Shown piece after piece: positions 1 to 14,908 of a stretch of 64,000 nt of DNA (position 1 is the first letter of the stretch; every line of letters starts with the position of its first letter). The DNA lies in assembly GCF_006345805.1 (NCBI RefSeq), contig NC_043010.1, forward strand, positions 55,676,001 to 55,740,000, in the 5' to 3' direction. Made by a program: the position numbers and the translations under genes. This DNA comes from Octopus sinensis. Taxonomy: Eukaryota. The notes under the pieces are model-generated. The model was not told the origin of the DNA and did no database searches. It worked only from the letters and a program-made list of their open reading frames with translations.

Positions 1-2502
1 ATCGGGACGCATCCTTTCCACAAGAAGCGAAAGAGGATGCGTTGTAGTTTGGTGATGGTAGGGTCGGGACAAGGTACGACGGTCAGGCGGTAGTAGATGA
101 CGGACGCGATGTACGTGTTCGCCACCTCCGCTCGACCTTTTAGGGACAGTTTCCTCTCGGCCCATTGCCGGGCGAGAGTGACCACCCTACTCGTTATCTC
201 GTTCCAGTTCTTCTCCACTTGGAGGTCCGGACCGAACCAGACCCCGAGCAACTCAACCGGGCCGTCGGTCCAGCGTCCCACGACGGAGGCGCTGGTGGAC
301 GGCATGGGCTTGCTTCTCCAGGTGCCTAGTCGCAAGCCCACTGACTTTTCCCGGTTGATTTTCGCTCCTGTCACCGCTTCGTAGTTTTTCAGTGTCTCGC
401 CGACCAGCTCGATGTGCTCGTGGCTAGACACTATGACGGTGACGTCGTCCGCGTATGCAGACACGCTCGTCCCGCATCCCAATTCTCGCGGGATGCCCCT
501 TAGAGTCGCCAGCTTCCGCAGTAGTGGCTCAAGAGTCAATACGTATAGAAGCGCCGAGAGGGGGCATCCCTGACGGACCGAACGTGCAATGTCGAAAGGT
601 CTCGATAGATGTCCATTTACGCGAATTACCGAACGGATGCCTCTGTACAAGGCAGCTATCCAGCCGCGGAAGACGGGACCGAAACCAGCCGCTCTCAGGA
701 CTGCCTCCAAGTATCGATGGTCTACCCTATCAAAGGCTTTCGATTGATCCAAGTTGATCAGGGCCCCACCCATGCCAGGTTCGTTAACTACCCTGTCTAT
801 GATGTAGCGCATCAGATGGAGGTTGTCATGGATGGTCCGGCCTGGCACGGCGCATGTTTGCGCCTTGTCGACCAGTTTTCGATGACAAGCGCCAACCTCT
901 TGGCTAGCACCTTGGCCAAAATTTTCAAGTCTGCATTAAGCAGAGTGATGGGCCTAAAGTTATCTATACATTTCCCTTGTTTAGATCTTTCTTCAGCAGT
1001 GTTACGGCTCCTCGGCTCACAAAACCAGGAATGCTCCCGTTTTGCTGCCAGTTGCAGTACACCGCCGCCAAGAGATCTCCAAACAAGTCTGGCATACAAT
1101 TGTAAAGCTCGTAGGGTAGACCATCCAAACCCGGTGATTTGTCCCTCGAGCATTCTGCCATCGCTTCCCGCACTTCCGCCGCCGTGATGGCACCTTCGCA
1201 GCCCTGCCTTTCTTGTCGAGAGTCGTGGTAGGCTATGTAGGTAGGCACTGAAGTCCACCCTACGTTCTTGCCCTCCACTCGTTCCGAACAGTCGGGCAAA
1301 ATGCTGCTGAAAGGCCTCACACATTTTACTTGGCTCGAGCAATTCGCACCCCTGTTCATCTACCAGTGACCGAATGGTGGCTTTGTTGCCCTGTTGCGCC
1401 TCTGCCACCCGGGCCTCTCTCGCGGCTCCAACACCTTCGTTCCTTAGAGCACGCATCCTAGCTCTGACAGCACATCCTTCGTGTTTGGCGTTGAAGTGTT
1501 GGTCGAGGGCCAACCTCGCCGCCAAAACGTCGGATGCGATGCCGCTTCTAATTGCCTCTTCTAGCTTCTTAACTAGCTCACCCTCTACTCTATTTCTATC
1601 TATGGATAGTGCTTTGCTGTACCTAATCGCTTCTGCTTTTACTGCTCTCTTGAGGGCAAACCACCATTTGTTGTTGATGATGGCTCCCGTCAAAGCCCTC
1701 TTTACTAGTGTGCTAATCCGGTCTCTGAAAACTTGTCTCGATGGGAAAGACGCGTTTAGTTTCCAGTATCCGGGACCCTGCCTAAGTGTCTTACCTAAGT
1801 CTAGCGTACATGTCACAAGTTTGTGATCCGTGTAGCTGACTATGTGGAATTGTGGACATCCTATGCTATCTATATCTACTGTCCTACACAGTATCTATCT
1901 AGATACGATCTCGACGACCCGATGCGGTTGCTCCATGTCCACGTTGGCGCATTCGGGTGGTCTAGTCGGAACCTGTCAGACAGTTGAAAGCGTCTGAGCA
2001 GGTCTCTGAGGCATTGCATCCCCGTCTATTCCTATCTCTACCCACGTAGTCTACATGCGTGTCCAAGGTAGCATTCCAATCCCCCACTAAGAGTAAAGGA
2101 CGAGACGTTCCCAAGAAAACTTCTAGACGTTGAAAGAAATCCGCCCGACCTGTTTAAGGGCGGTGCGTAAACTGATACGAGTCGAAAAGCGCACCCATTG
2201 CTGCCGTCGACATCCAGGACGACCAGTCTACCCTCCGGGTCTACGAATATTGTCCTTACATTGAGATCCAGACTCTTGTGAAAAAGTACCGCGGTGCCAC
2301 TACCGCCCATTCTCGGCAGACAGGGGGAAAAATAAATGTTGAACTGTCCGCCAAACATGGTCTTTAGGGCCCGCGGATTGTGGAGTCTGGTCTCGCTTAT
2401 GGCTATGATTTCTAACTTATGTGACTTTATGTCATTTAAGAGGTACCCTTGTTTCCAGGGGGACCCCAAGCCACGCGCATTTACACAACCAATCTTGATC
2501 AT
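1..2502 (-). mobile_element. L1/Tx1-type non-LTR retrotransposon ORF2 (APE endonuclease + reverse transcriptase), frameshifted, running off the left edge
   Basis: APE start MIKIGCVNARGLGS...IIAISETRL at 2502; GPGYWKLN linker (~1790); RT motifs NFRPITLLNADLKILAKVLAKRL (~870-940), SVRQGCPLS (~560-590) and SAYADDVTVIVS (~430-460), read by hand on the minus strand. The coding sequence is split over several frames (ORFs 2038..2502, 812..1816, 964..1359). Confidence 0.93.
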
Positions 2503-2509
2503 AGTTCTA

Positions 2510-4195
2510 ATGAATTAGAATACAGAGGGTTACTTACTGCTCGAAAGTTTTTGCTTTCTCCTCCTTGGTTTGTCCTCGAGAAGATCCCAGTACAGTTTCT
2601 TTGTGAGATATTTGGCATTTACCAACCGCACTGGGGAAAATGCCTTTGAGTGTGTGTGTGCAGACTTTTGGAGATGTGTAATATTTTGATGTGGTCTGGT
2701 GGTGTTGTGTATGGGTGATTGTTTGTTTTTATGTCATCTTCTGTTATGTTTGTTTTTGATTGGATGTATTCCATCAAATTTGTGTTTTTGGTGTCTATGG
2801 CTGTGAGCATGTTTGCTGTATATGTTTTTGTGGTGTTGGTGTGGCTGTTGTTTGCGTTGGGTTTTGAAATGTCTTCGGGAGATGTATTTCCCCCTGCTTT
2901 GTTCGTGTTTGCATTTGGTTTGGTTGTGTTTCTGCTCTTTATTTTCCTTCTTTTTGTAGCTATTTGCCATTCCTCAATGGTTTCGTCTTCCGACGAAATT
3001 TCTGAGGAATCAGAAGGGGGTAGGGGTATGTTGTGGGCTCTATGTATGTCTGTGTAAGTGGTTGTGTTGTTGTTTTCGTTGTTGTTGGTTGTTGAGTGTT
3101 TGTGTGTGTTGAGTGCGGTATAAGGGATGGGATCAGTTTGTGTGTGTTTTCTTTGTTTTTCTGTTCCTTTGGGTTTTGCTGTTGATGGTGGTGTTGGTAT
3201 TTTTCAGTGTCGAGTGGTTTTTGGTTGATGACGGATTAGCTTGGTGTGCTTCTCTTGTCGTCTTCTGTGTTGATAGTGGTGTGTGGGTAGTAGAGCTTTT
3301 TTCCGGAGTGCTTTGGTTGTGGTAGTGGTTGTTGTTGTTGTTGCTCTTGGTGTGCAGTGGTTGGGCACGTATTTTTTCAAGTGTGTTTCGCTTCACACAA
3401 ATAGCAGCGTGGTCGCCTGCCCTCTACCACTATATAGAGTTGTAGCCTCCTGGCAGTTCTATAGCGGTGGGTATCTTCTCTCTTGCTGCTTCATCCAATT
3501 GAAGCAGGAATTCGATTGATTTGCCCACATAGTCTTTCTCTCCTAGAACCGCGATTTCCAGGATGTTTGTCTCTGACATTGTCTCTGACATTTCAAAGCA
3601 GATGGCAGAGACCAACCATTGTGTTTCGACATCAAATGGTATGTTTTTTATTTGGACTTTCGTGACCCTTTTGTTTAAATAGACTGGTATCATTACCAGT
3701 CGTCCGAATGCAGCTCCAATGTGGAAAAACGTTTTGCTAAACTTTCGTTGAGGAAACGTACTTGGACTGTACCAAATTTGTTTCCCCAACTGATATATTC
3801 CTGGAGTCCCATACAGGACGAAGGCATTTATCGATTTTTTCCTGCGGTGCATTTTCTGTTCTTCTTGTTTTTTTGTTTATTACTTTATAAATATTTTGTT
3901 TTTTTTTGTGTGTTTTCCACGATGTGTTGTGGAATATGAAGGTGAAATTTGTCTCCTTCTTTGGAGAAGAGTGCCTTTGTGCGGTTTATCTCTTGTGTGG
4001 TGAATGTTACAATTGTTCTTTTTTGTTTTGTACGTCGCAAATTGTTTTGAATTTGGCAGTAGAAGTGTTAATTGTGCAGTGTTAATTGAAGTCATGGTAG
4101 TGGTGTGGTGTTGGCGGTATTAGCAGCAGAAGGCTTGGATGTAGCATTTGACGTCGTTAGTCGTAGTAGTGGTGTTGGTTGTTGTTGGCGGTGTT
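2510..4195 (-). mobile_element. ORF1 and 5' region of the same L1/Tx1-type LINE, degenerate
   Basis: Lies directly 5' of ORF2 on the same strand. ORF 3430..3852 is followed by VVEGRRPRCYLCEAK.HLKK..P (~3360-3430), a frameshifted CX2CX4HX4C-like zinc knuckle, then a Thr/Lys/Asn-rich low-complexity tail. The 5' end abuts the (AGAT)n array. Confidence 0.7.
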
Positions 4196-4196
4196 T

Positions 4197-4830
<634 letters not shown>

Positions 4831-5003
4831 GATGGATATTAATATAGATAGATCGATATTAATATAGATAGATATTAATCTCTTTCTCCTCCTTGCCTCT
4901 TTTCCCTTTATACGTGAGTGTGTGTGTGTGTGTGTGAAAGAGAGAGAGAGAGAGCCAGTGTGTTTGTGCGTGTGTGTGTTTGTACGTGCGCATGTGTGTG
5001 TGT

Positions 5004-5050
<47 letters not shown>

Positions 5051-6689
5051 TGTAGTATGTAAAGGTAATATGCAAGGATCAAGGTGGAGGAAGTTAGTAA
5101 GCTTCGGTCAGTCCGTAGAAGGTATAAAAAAGCAACTTTCATGAATAATCGTGGTTTCTTCATGTAGAAGTTTGTAAATTTCTCTTATATCGAAGTTTGA
5201 TAAGCTGAAAAGGTTATTTTGTGGTTCACGGTTGACATTATCGATCAAATTTCCTGCGTGGTAACATGGCGACATTTGAGACATTTCACTAAGCCATCTT
5301 GGACCCGATGAGTAGCTGGCAGATACCCCTCGTTTGGGTATCTTTTGGGTATCTACTACTTCCGAGATTCTGTTAACTATGAAACACATGTAGACTGGAT
5401 CTTATCTCCTCAATTCCCTAATTTGGGACTCCGTGTGTGTGTGTGTGTGTGTGGTGTGTGTGTGTGTGTGTGTGTATGTATGTGTGTGTGTATGTGTGTG
5501 TGTGTGTGTGTGTGTGTCTGTACAGGAGTCCTTACAATTACAGTGTTTTCATTAATGCATTATAACTGCAAGGCTTCAATCTTCACTAAGTTACTCATTT
5601 CTGATCATAAGCTAGTAAATCGAGTTTGCGATCCTTTTGAAATATTCGTCGAATATTTTTTGAAATGTGAAATAATAGTCTGAAAAAATGCTTATTCGTA
5701 TGCATGAGGATATGTATATCAATGTCTCTATTTATCTCTTTGCGCTTTTATCCCTCTATCTATCGACTTATACACTTAGCTATCCATGTAACATTTTGTA
5801 TTTTTTAATGACTGTCTAATTCCATATCAACTCGACTCTTTATATTTTTAATGGATATTGTTTAGCAACCAGGAATAACGTAAGCAACCGCATAGATGGC
5901 ACTAGTACACTAATTGTAATACAGTATTGGGCTTTTGTTTAGATTTTGTCAGTCCCCTATGAACACTGAATTTAAGTAACAATAGTAAACATTTCATCGA
6001 TATTGCATTTCTTTTGCCAAGGATTTCCACTGTATTGCAACTGTAATATATGTTGATTCGAGCTGTATGTCTTAACGACATAAACATCACAAAAAAGAAG
6101 TAAGATCTTTCTAGAGAATTTTTTTAAGAACCAGCAGAATACAGACGCGTTGTCTTCCCCCTATCTAGCCTACGTGAACTTAGTCAAGTTTCACCTGATT
6201 GAACCAGACCATATACAATCATTGGACAGTTTTTTTCACAAAAATGAATTTTTGCTCTTTTTCCCGAAAGATATCTGACTTTACCTGGTGGTGTCATCTT
6301 TGTATATATTTTACGATACAAGTATATTTCCTGTGATCGTGTCTTGTTCCCATTACTTTCCGGTGGAATGATTCTTCTAGTACCTATTACAGCCAAGATA
6401 TCGAGCGGAATTATTTGCTTGTTTCTCTAGTTATTTATTATATTTTCTCTGCAAGGTTACAAAGAATCTATCTCCTTTTTCTCTCATCTAAACCAGCGGA
6501 AGCAATGAAGTATAAAGTGATTTTACTAAAATATTACTGTAAAGTGAAAAGATCAAAAGTATACGCTTCTGCTTATTCAATAATACATGTCGAAAAGTTT
6601 GTGAAAAGCGAAGTCGATAGAACGCAGGAGAAAAACTATTGTTCAGTTGATTAATTTTTCCTTTTCTTTTTCTAATTTCTGATTTAAAA

Positions 6690-7420
6690 TCCCATTTACG
6701 CAAAGATTTTAGACAACTAGACTTAGATGTATTGGCCATCAGCGAGGCTAGGATTTCCGAGGCACGTGGCTTCACGCCCATCTTAGAGGACGATGTGGAG
6801 AGCATGTCTCCAAGCCGTCAGGGCATGAAAGGCGGAGCAGCTATATTTTGGAAACGCCCGGATCTGGGCAATGTGAACTATCTTCCTAGAATTAGAGGGT
6901 AAGCCGGAGCTGCTGGACGTGACCAGTAAAGATCAAATCTACCAACTGTTAACTATCTACACCCTGCTACAGGTGTTGCGACCAGATTTTATTAGGCGCC
7001 TAGAATCTCATGTAGGAAACGCTCTGCTCTTTAGTATTTGTAGGAGATTGGAGCGGCATTTGGATGCCGATAGATTAGCGTCACAAACTTGGTCTGATTT
7101 TTCAACTGCGTATCAAATACCGAGTGGATTTCTCGGGTGGGATTTACAGTCCACAAATTTGTAATTTATACAATCGACGAACAGAGGAATGAAAGGTAAG
7201 AAACTCGTTACTGGAACCTAAATGCTATTTTCCTTGCGAGCAAATATACATGACATTAGATTAGTGAATTAATTCAGCGGGCATTGATGGGGCTTTCGTT
7301 AACATCGGTGATTCTCCCTTAAAAGAGCGATTAGAAAGGAGTCGATAAGTTTTAATACCACAGTAGCGATAAAGAAGAATAGGTTTAGAAAGAGACGGAA
7401 TAAGGAGCTAGAAGGCTTTT
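6690..7420 (+). mobile_element. Old L1/Tx1-type ORF2 fragment (APE domain and linker)
   Basis: Translates LDVLAISEARISEARGF...GGAAIFWKRPDL...EGKPELLDVTSKDQIYQLLTIY, which aligns by eye with the APE of the 2038..2502 element (IIAISETRL...GTAVLFHKSLDL...EGRLVVLDVD...FRLVSVY); a WNLNA-like remnant lies near 7212. Confidence 0.65.
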
Positions 7421-7900
7421 GAGAAAGGCATCCCACCAATGTACTTGCAGTGAGATTGACATTGAACTAGTTCTTCAACATGAAGTAGAGCGGCGAAGTT
7501 TTTAGAATTATGACACATTCTCTGATACACGAAGGAACGAAATCTGTTCGATGGACCCAAGTGGCAGCGGTAAAACATGGCAACAAAGTTTCTACTGACC
7601 ATAAGGATCGCACATTACATAACCTCCAAGCAGATGTAAACGGCCTTTGAGCTGCACTTCGAGTGCTGTTGCTAGTAGCGGACCAGAAGTAAAACGATCA
7701 TCAATGCCTTACTTGAGAGCATGCCATGATTCAGTAATGACCACTGAAATAATGGAAACGAGAGCAAGCTGCACGAAGGACGGGTTTGAATGGTTTATCC
7801 TACGAGCCTTAAGGTTTCATGCCACACATGCTTGGCAAACAGATATCAGCCACAACCAACAGTAAAACAGGACAGTTCTCAGTCCAGAGGTGTGGTAGTG
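7420..7900 (-). mobile_element. Highly decayed LINE reverse-transcriptase fragment
   Basis: Remnants resembling RT motifs (CPVLLLVVAD..., KAVYICLE...MVSRNFVAMFYRCHLGP) in the expected order; similarity is weak. Confidence 0.3.
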
Positions 7901-8099
7901 CTACTGACCAAAAAATCCAGATAAAGGAGAACCATGTTGCTAATTTTCGGACTGTAAGTATTCAAATCACAGCTGTCGAGATTTTGGTAAAGGAGAAAAT
8001 GCCTAAGCAGCTTCATTCTGAGTTCAAATTCCACAGAGACCGACTATATCTCTTTGGTGTCGAAAATACCAGTCATGTACTGTGGTCAATGTAACTGGC

Positions 8100-8265
8100 T
8101 CACTGCATCCCCTCAAAAATACTGGCTGGCCTTGTTCCATCACCACCACCACCACCACCACCACCACCATCCCTGTCATCCTTATTATTAGGGAGGTGAG
8201 CTGGCAGAATCGTTAGCAAGGATAGAAAGAAAAAGAATATTATTATTATTATTATCATCATCATC

Positions 8266-8319
<54 letters not shown>

Positions 8320-8383
8320 CGTAGTAGTAGTTGTAGTAGGAGGAGGAGAAGGAGGAGTAGCAGCAGCAGTGGCAGCAGCAGTG

Positions 8384-8463
<80 letters not shown>

Positions 8464-8579
8464 TTTGGCATGGGTTTTTCTGTGCTTGTATTTGGAATTT
8501 TTCTGCTGTATTTGGAATTCAATGAGATATTTCGATATTTCTTTGACTATTTTGTTACTGAGTATCATCATCATCACCC

Positions 8580-8650
<71 letters not shown>
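8100..8650. repeat. Compound trinucleotide microsatellite (CCA/TAG/GCA/CAT/TAT)
   Basis: Directly visible; source of the poly-V, poly-T, poly-H and poly-I ORFs. Confidence 0.95.
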
Positions 8651-9700
8651 TTATGTTTGGCTTTTGCTTTACATTTGTACAAGTTGGCTCCAAGTCTCAC
8701 CCAGAGACCACAAGAGACAATAAGTTGGAAGTTCATGTTGGTGTTATGCCTAGGATGCCATATATTTGGTTTTGTACATAGTGTTGTTCTAGAGAATGTT
8801 TAAGAAATCATAAGAAAATTATGCTTGTTTTAAAACTTAAGACGACATAGAAAGTATTTTGTGTAGGATATGGGCAGTTCCCATGAGCACTATCTTTTGA
8901 ATTTCTGCCATTTGGGGGTTCCCTGGTATCTGAGCTTGTTTTAGTCTTCAGGTTCCACATTTTGCTAATTTCTATTTCAAGATCTTTATACTTGCTCAGT
9001 TTTTGGTAGGTCTTGACAGATACGTTTATATCGATTGGGACAGTCATATCAATGAAGAAGCACGATTTTTGTCTGAAGTCTTTCAATATGATGTCTGGCC
9101 TATTTGCACCTATCTTTCTGTCAGTTTGAATGGGGAAGTTCCAGAGGAGTGAGATGCGATCATTTTCAAGCACTGGAGAAGGTTTGTGTTCCAACCAGTT
9201 TTTATCATGGAGCAAATCCAGGTTTTTGCAAATTACACAGTGAATATATTGTGCAACTCTATCATGGCTGTTGAGATACTCTGTATGTGCAAGAAGACTG
9301 CACATGGAGACATGATCAATGGTTTCATTTTGTTTACATACACGGTATGTTGGTCTACTACCTTTCTTTAATAAGTTGGCCTGGTAGTTCCTTGCAGGCA
9401 GGCATTGATCTTGGGATGCAATGATAAACCCTTCTGTTTCAGATTTCAAGCCAAAAGCCACTAGCCATTGATGGGTCAGGGCTTTGTCAACATCAGCATT
9501 ATTTGCTGTCTGTGGGCATTTGCTATTGAAAAGTTTTTCTTGTCATTTATCAGTAATAATATCTAAGGCAGAAGTTTTGGCACAGGTTTTCATGCGCTTA
9601 GCTTTTTCTGCGCTTGTTTCTAGTATGTATAATTCCTGAAGTTGTATTTGGAATTCACTTAGATATTCCTTTGTTTATTTTGTTACAGAGTATGATGCTT
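8651..9700 (-). mobile_element. 5'-truncated R4/Dong-like RLE non-LTR retrotransposon (zinc-knuckle remnant + restriction-like endonuclease)
   Basis: THQWL..GLKSETEGFIIASQDQ, ETIDHVSMCSLLAHTEYLNSHDRV (RHD-like), LLWNFPIQTD, ANRPDIILKD (PD..D), KLSKYKDLEIEISKMW. Flanked by (TAA)n on both sides. Confidence 0.88.
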
Positions 9701-9712
9701 TATTGTTTATTA

Positions 9713-9782
<70 letters not shown>

Positions 9783-9799
9783 TAGTTTTATTCAGTAGT

Positions 9800-10145
9800 T
9801 TTATTTTTATAGCGTGCTTTCACTTCACTACCGAGCGCAGCTATGTGTGCCTTGGGTATGTGCTGTGATTTGTTGTGATGCTCTGATGGTTATTGTATTG
9901 AAAGTGTTCTGAGTAGGATGTGTGCAGTCCCTAGTAGTGCAATTTTCTGTATGATATATGTGTTTGTAAGTCCTGGTGTTTTTGTTATGTATTTGTCTGA
10001 ATATTTTTTATCATGCCTAATGCACCTACTATGGTGGGAATTGTTTCTGTTTTTAGAGTCCACATTCTAGTTACCTCTATTTCCAGGTCTTTATATTTTG
10101 AAAGTGTCTCCATTTCTTTTAGAGACACGTTGTCATCTGCTGGTA
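9800..10145 (-). mobile_element. R4/Dong-like RLE 3' fragment
   Basis: Minus strand reads LSKYKDLEIEVTRMWTLKTETIPTIVGALGMIKK...QKIALLGTAHILLRTLS, followed by a short 3' UTR; between (TAA)n tracts. Confidence 0.85.
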
Positions 10146-10218
10146 TTGATACATCAATTTATCATTATTATTATTATTATCATTATTATTATTATCATTA
10201 TTATTATTATTATTATTG

Positions 10219-10249
<31 letters not shown>

Positions 10250-10337
10250 CATCATCATCATCATCTTCATATTTTGTTATAGAGAATGATGCTTTCTTGT
10301 TTTTCATTATTATTATCATTATTATTATTATTATTAA

Positions 10338-10540
10338 AGCGGCGAACAGGCAGAGTCATTAGCAATCCGGGCAAAAATGCTTAGCACTATTTTGTCCGTC
10401 TTCCCGTTCTAAGTTCAGACTTCTGACTTTCATCCTTTCGGGGTCGATGAAATAAGTACCAGTTGAACCCTTAGTTTTGATGTAATCAACTAACACACTC
10501 CCCCCAAAATTTCAGGCCCTTGTACTTGTAACAGAAATGA
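10338..10540 (+). mobile_element. tRNA-derived SINE with Deu/Nin-like central domain
   Basis: Head gcggcg..ggcagagtcattagc; core ctttcatcctttcggggtcgatgaaataagtaccagttg. Same family at 18435, 18725, 29484, 35719, 35975, 36350 (minus) and 37785. The domain name is inferred from recalled DeuSINE/Nin consensus. Confidence 0.75.
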
Positions 10541-11499
10541 TTATTATTGTTGTTGTTGTTGTCGTCGTCGTTTTTGTTGTTATTCCTCAATGTTTAATGG
10601 TTGGAAAATATTAACACACGGAACATAGATGCTATCACCGCATTAATTTCATTTCTTCTTTCTATATTTTCCAGAATCTCCGAGACACGCAATTATACAC
10701 CAATGTGTTCTGTACTGTAAAAACCGCCACAATAACTGGATAATTCGACGCGATATCAACACTGAAGGCGCTATGGGTATCACGCAGGTGGTATCCGATA
10801 TTGTTATATCAAAGTTAACGGATGAAACATCGGCATTGAAAACTTTTGAGTTAACAACGTAGTCCATAGCTCGGGAACGAATAAAAACCAGCGACATACA
10901 AACTTGTTCAAGCAAACTTACTCACACGCATGCGCGTGCGTACACATACATTCACGCACACATACACAAACACACGCATACGCACATCCTAAATGCAAAG
11001 CTGTATATGATGATATTCATATAATTACAAACCAAATTGTAAATTTTCTAATCCTATACATACATTTATATATATATATATATATATATATTGATATATA
11101 TACATAAATACATGCAATTATGTGTCATAGTTTTAGTCGTGAAGTATTACAGAAGATATCGTGATCGTTCGAATATGATAATATAATAAAACATTATATC
11201 GTATAAATGAGAAAATTGGACAACATAAAATCTGAAAGAAAGTAAAAAAACACATTTAACCTTATAAAACGATAGAACACTGCTTGGGTAATAATAATAG
11301 TAATAATAATAATAATAAGAAGAAGAAGAAGAAGAGCAACAACAACAACAACAATAACAATAATAAAAGTGATGCTAATAATAATCATAGTAATATTATT
11401 TAAGAATAAAACGTAATAATAGGTTTTTTTTTTCTAAACATTCGTTGCAATAAAAATAATTCCATGAATTTTAAATAACGAGTTCTATAACAATAACAA

Positions 11500-11571
<72 letters not shown>

Positions 11572-13935
11572 TAATCATTGAAATATAATGTAATATCCGG
11601 TAACAATAATAATATTAACAACTTTAATAATCAAATTAAAATGGAGGATGAGAAAAATATAAAATTCAAGTAATAGGTTTTTGAAACGATTTACGTTTTC
11701 AAGAAATTTACTGAAGTATCAGAAGGAAAACGGATTTAGTAGAATATAAAAATGGAAGCGTAATAAATAGTATTTTATTAGTTGTGTATTTTCTAAATCT
11801 ATATGAACATTTTCAGAAATACTCATATTACATAAGGTAAATAGAGAGAGAAGATAAAAAAACTCTGTTGTTATCGTTTGTGTTTTTGTCTTCATCTTTG
11901 TCGCAGTTTTACAATTGCTATCTTCTTTCGTTTTATTAAGTCTGCGTTGTGATACCGTTTTTTTTTAAGGTTAGATAATAACAAACAAAGAAACAAACAA
12001 AAAAACAAAACTTCACTTTCACGATTTATGTGAAAACATTTTCTAATAATAACAATAATAATAATAATAATAATAATAATATAATAATAATAATAATAAT
12101 AATAATGGTAATTTAACGACGAAAAGACACAATATATACATATGGGCTGTGCTATTTTTTCTTTCTATTTTTTGGGTCGGGAAAATATCGTAATCACAAA
12201 CTGTAATTTTTTTAAAGGAAAACAAACTAGTAGAAGTGAAAGTATGTGAATATAGAGAATACTATGCACACAGAGAGATTTGCAATCTTCAAATCTTATT
12301 TTCTTTTCTTTAGAATATTATATAATTTTTCTCTTCGTATTTCGGCATTTCTTTTCCAAAGTCGTAGCGTATAAAACAGGTGCAAATTAATTTTCACTTG
12401 TCTTTATATATATATAATATATATATATATATTTCTTCGTTTTTTGTTGTTGTTGTGCTCTTATTATTTTCTTATTATCATCAACATCATCATTCTCAAC
12501 AACAACATCGTTATTACCTTTATCGTTTGCCTTTTGAATCCTACATCAGTAGTTGGCAAGAATTAAGTACATTTTGGAGAACGTGCTTAAAAGGTTAACA
12601 AGGATTGTTCACGGTTAGTGAGTTTTCTTAATGTTGATTAAGATATCAATAAAAACAAGTCGATATAATCGATTATTTTGCACTCCAGCAACTTTTATGG
12701 TCATCAGTTTATGTCAAAAACCTTTATTATAATTACTATTATCATCTTCATTTGAAGCATTCCACGGGTTCTTCCGTGCGATTATAAACCCGCTGGAACA
12801 CATCCTGAACTTCGTAACCCAGTTTTCTATCCTAGATACAAGCGATATACTTAAAATTCGAAATGGTTTCCGGAAAGTTATGAATTCCTTTGCATATTAA
12901 TTTGTTTATGTTAATTATTATCTCAAGACAGAAACGTTATAGCAATGTAAACAATTACTCCTTAAGTTCATTATAAGCGTCACATTATTACATCGTATAG
13001 TCCCATGATACAGAGGTTGTGTCTTAACTGAAATCATCACTTCTCTGGTGTAAACAGCATCGCTTAGTTTTTCTTTGCCCATATATCACTGAGGCTCATA
13101 AGAAAACATGAGCTATTCCACATTCTAGTTTTGTGTTATTAAAATATACAAATATAACAGAATCAACATTTATTTACAAATATAAAGTACCATTTCCAAC
13201 GATACTTAAGCACGTTATTATAATCATTATACTTGAATTTGTTGTTGTTATTGTGGTGGAGCTTGTGTTGTTCTAGTAGTAGTAGGAGTAGTAGTAGCAG
13301 CAGCAGCTTCAATTTGGGGCTCGAGTCTCGGAAATTTAGCTTCCTGTTGAAAAAGATATATATATATATACAGTGAATGTCACTAAATTCATCTATTATC
13401 TTATTTCATTGCCTGTCTGTCTAACAGTCTCGCAGCCAATCTGTCTTTTTATCTATAGCAATTCTTTCCAGTTTTTCTTAGATTCATTTTTAAACAATAC
13501 CGGTGGCTTTGGCTGGAGAAGTTGCGATTGTCTCATCATTAAGATCAGAAACAAACTTTAAAAACTAAAAATATCATTAGCACAGTTTGCTAAACATTTC
13601 TTAAAAGTCTCGCGAAGAAACCACTTCGTTTGTGATGTGATTTTCTTATATGACCAGAACATCAATCTAGTCACATAATAAAAAAAAATATTCTTTATTG
13701 ATACGTTTATATTTTTTCTAAAAAATCAACTAGCTCATAAAATAGAAAAAAATCAACCAATAGACATCCATTTGGTTATTTATTTAGTTATTTACACATT
13801 TATTTATTTTTCTATTTCATTGCAAAGATTTCAAAGAAACAAAAGTAATACGAAAAATCTGAAATGAAATCAAAATAGATTGACCGAATTCTGTTTTGCT
13901 TTTTTCGTAGTTTTCAATAAGCACAGAAGCAGTTT

Positions 13936-13985
<50 letters not shown>

Positions 13986-14436
13986 ATACTAATACTAATA
14001 CTACTACTACTACTACATTGTTCGTCAAATTATCTTCATATAGAACATTTGCAGTTGCGTAGACAAGAATACGAGAATACGTATTATTTTATGAAGTTCA
14101 TTATCAAACTACATACTTAGGATTCACATAAGTAATGTGTGCCTTGTTTCTTTAAGGATTTTCTTTGAGGATTCTTCAGTGTTGGTTATTAATGGTTTAA
14201 GATTTTGATGGTGTTTTAGTCTTAATTTATTTTACTGTATTACTTTTTGCTGTGGAAAATAGTTATTGTAGATTGAATGAAAATACACTCAAGATTTAGG
14301 TCTATTCGGATTTCTAAGAAAAATAAAATCAAGAAAAAACTATGATTTCGTAAAAGCTGGTTACAGAACAATTCTTTTTTTTATATACTATTGCAACTAC
14401 TACAGCTACTGCAATAAAACTTTAATAATAATAATC

Positions 14437-14479
<43 letters not shown>

Positions 14480-14587
14480 TTATAATGTTGATAATTATAT
14501 TACTTACAATAATGACGAACCAATCAAAATAATAGAGTAATGCTCACATGATGTTTTCTTAATAATAATAATAATAATAATAATAAA

Positions 14588-14646
<59 letters not shown>

Positions 14647-14844
14647 CAATAACAATTATGATAAATTCTTAGAGGCAATCCATATGGATACATATACAGT
14701 TTTATTGATATGCACTCACACTCGCACATGCGCAGAAACACAGAAAACAACAAATAAACAAACATATATGCATGGACTGCATATATCAGAGACACATAAA
14801 GATGTGCTTGGAAAAAGCTGCTATACGTATACGTTGTGAAAAAT

Positions 14845-14875
<31 letters not shown>

Positions 14876-14877
<2 letters not shown>

Positions 14878-14908
14878 GATTCTTGGCACATTGCAATTTA
14901 AAGCGTAG
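14876..14908 (+). promoter_or_regulatory. Candidate uORF (MILGTLQFKA*) in the receptor 5' leader
   Basis: ATG 14876 to TAG 14908, ending 4 nt before the main ATG; a start-stop ATG-TAA also lies at 14843-14848. Functional only if this interval is in the mRNA. Confidence 0.45.

Noticed and set aside
97-1826. Plus-strand ORFs 97..384, 455..757, 609..1187 and 1374..1826
   Set aside because: They are antisense shadows of the GC-rich LINE ORF2.
10649-10915. 88-aa minus-strand ORF, or a 5' UTR exon of the receptor starting after ttttccag (10675)
   Set aside because: No recognisable protein motif; the acceptor-like site is plausible but the donor is weak and nothing in the sequence confirms splicing.
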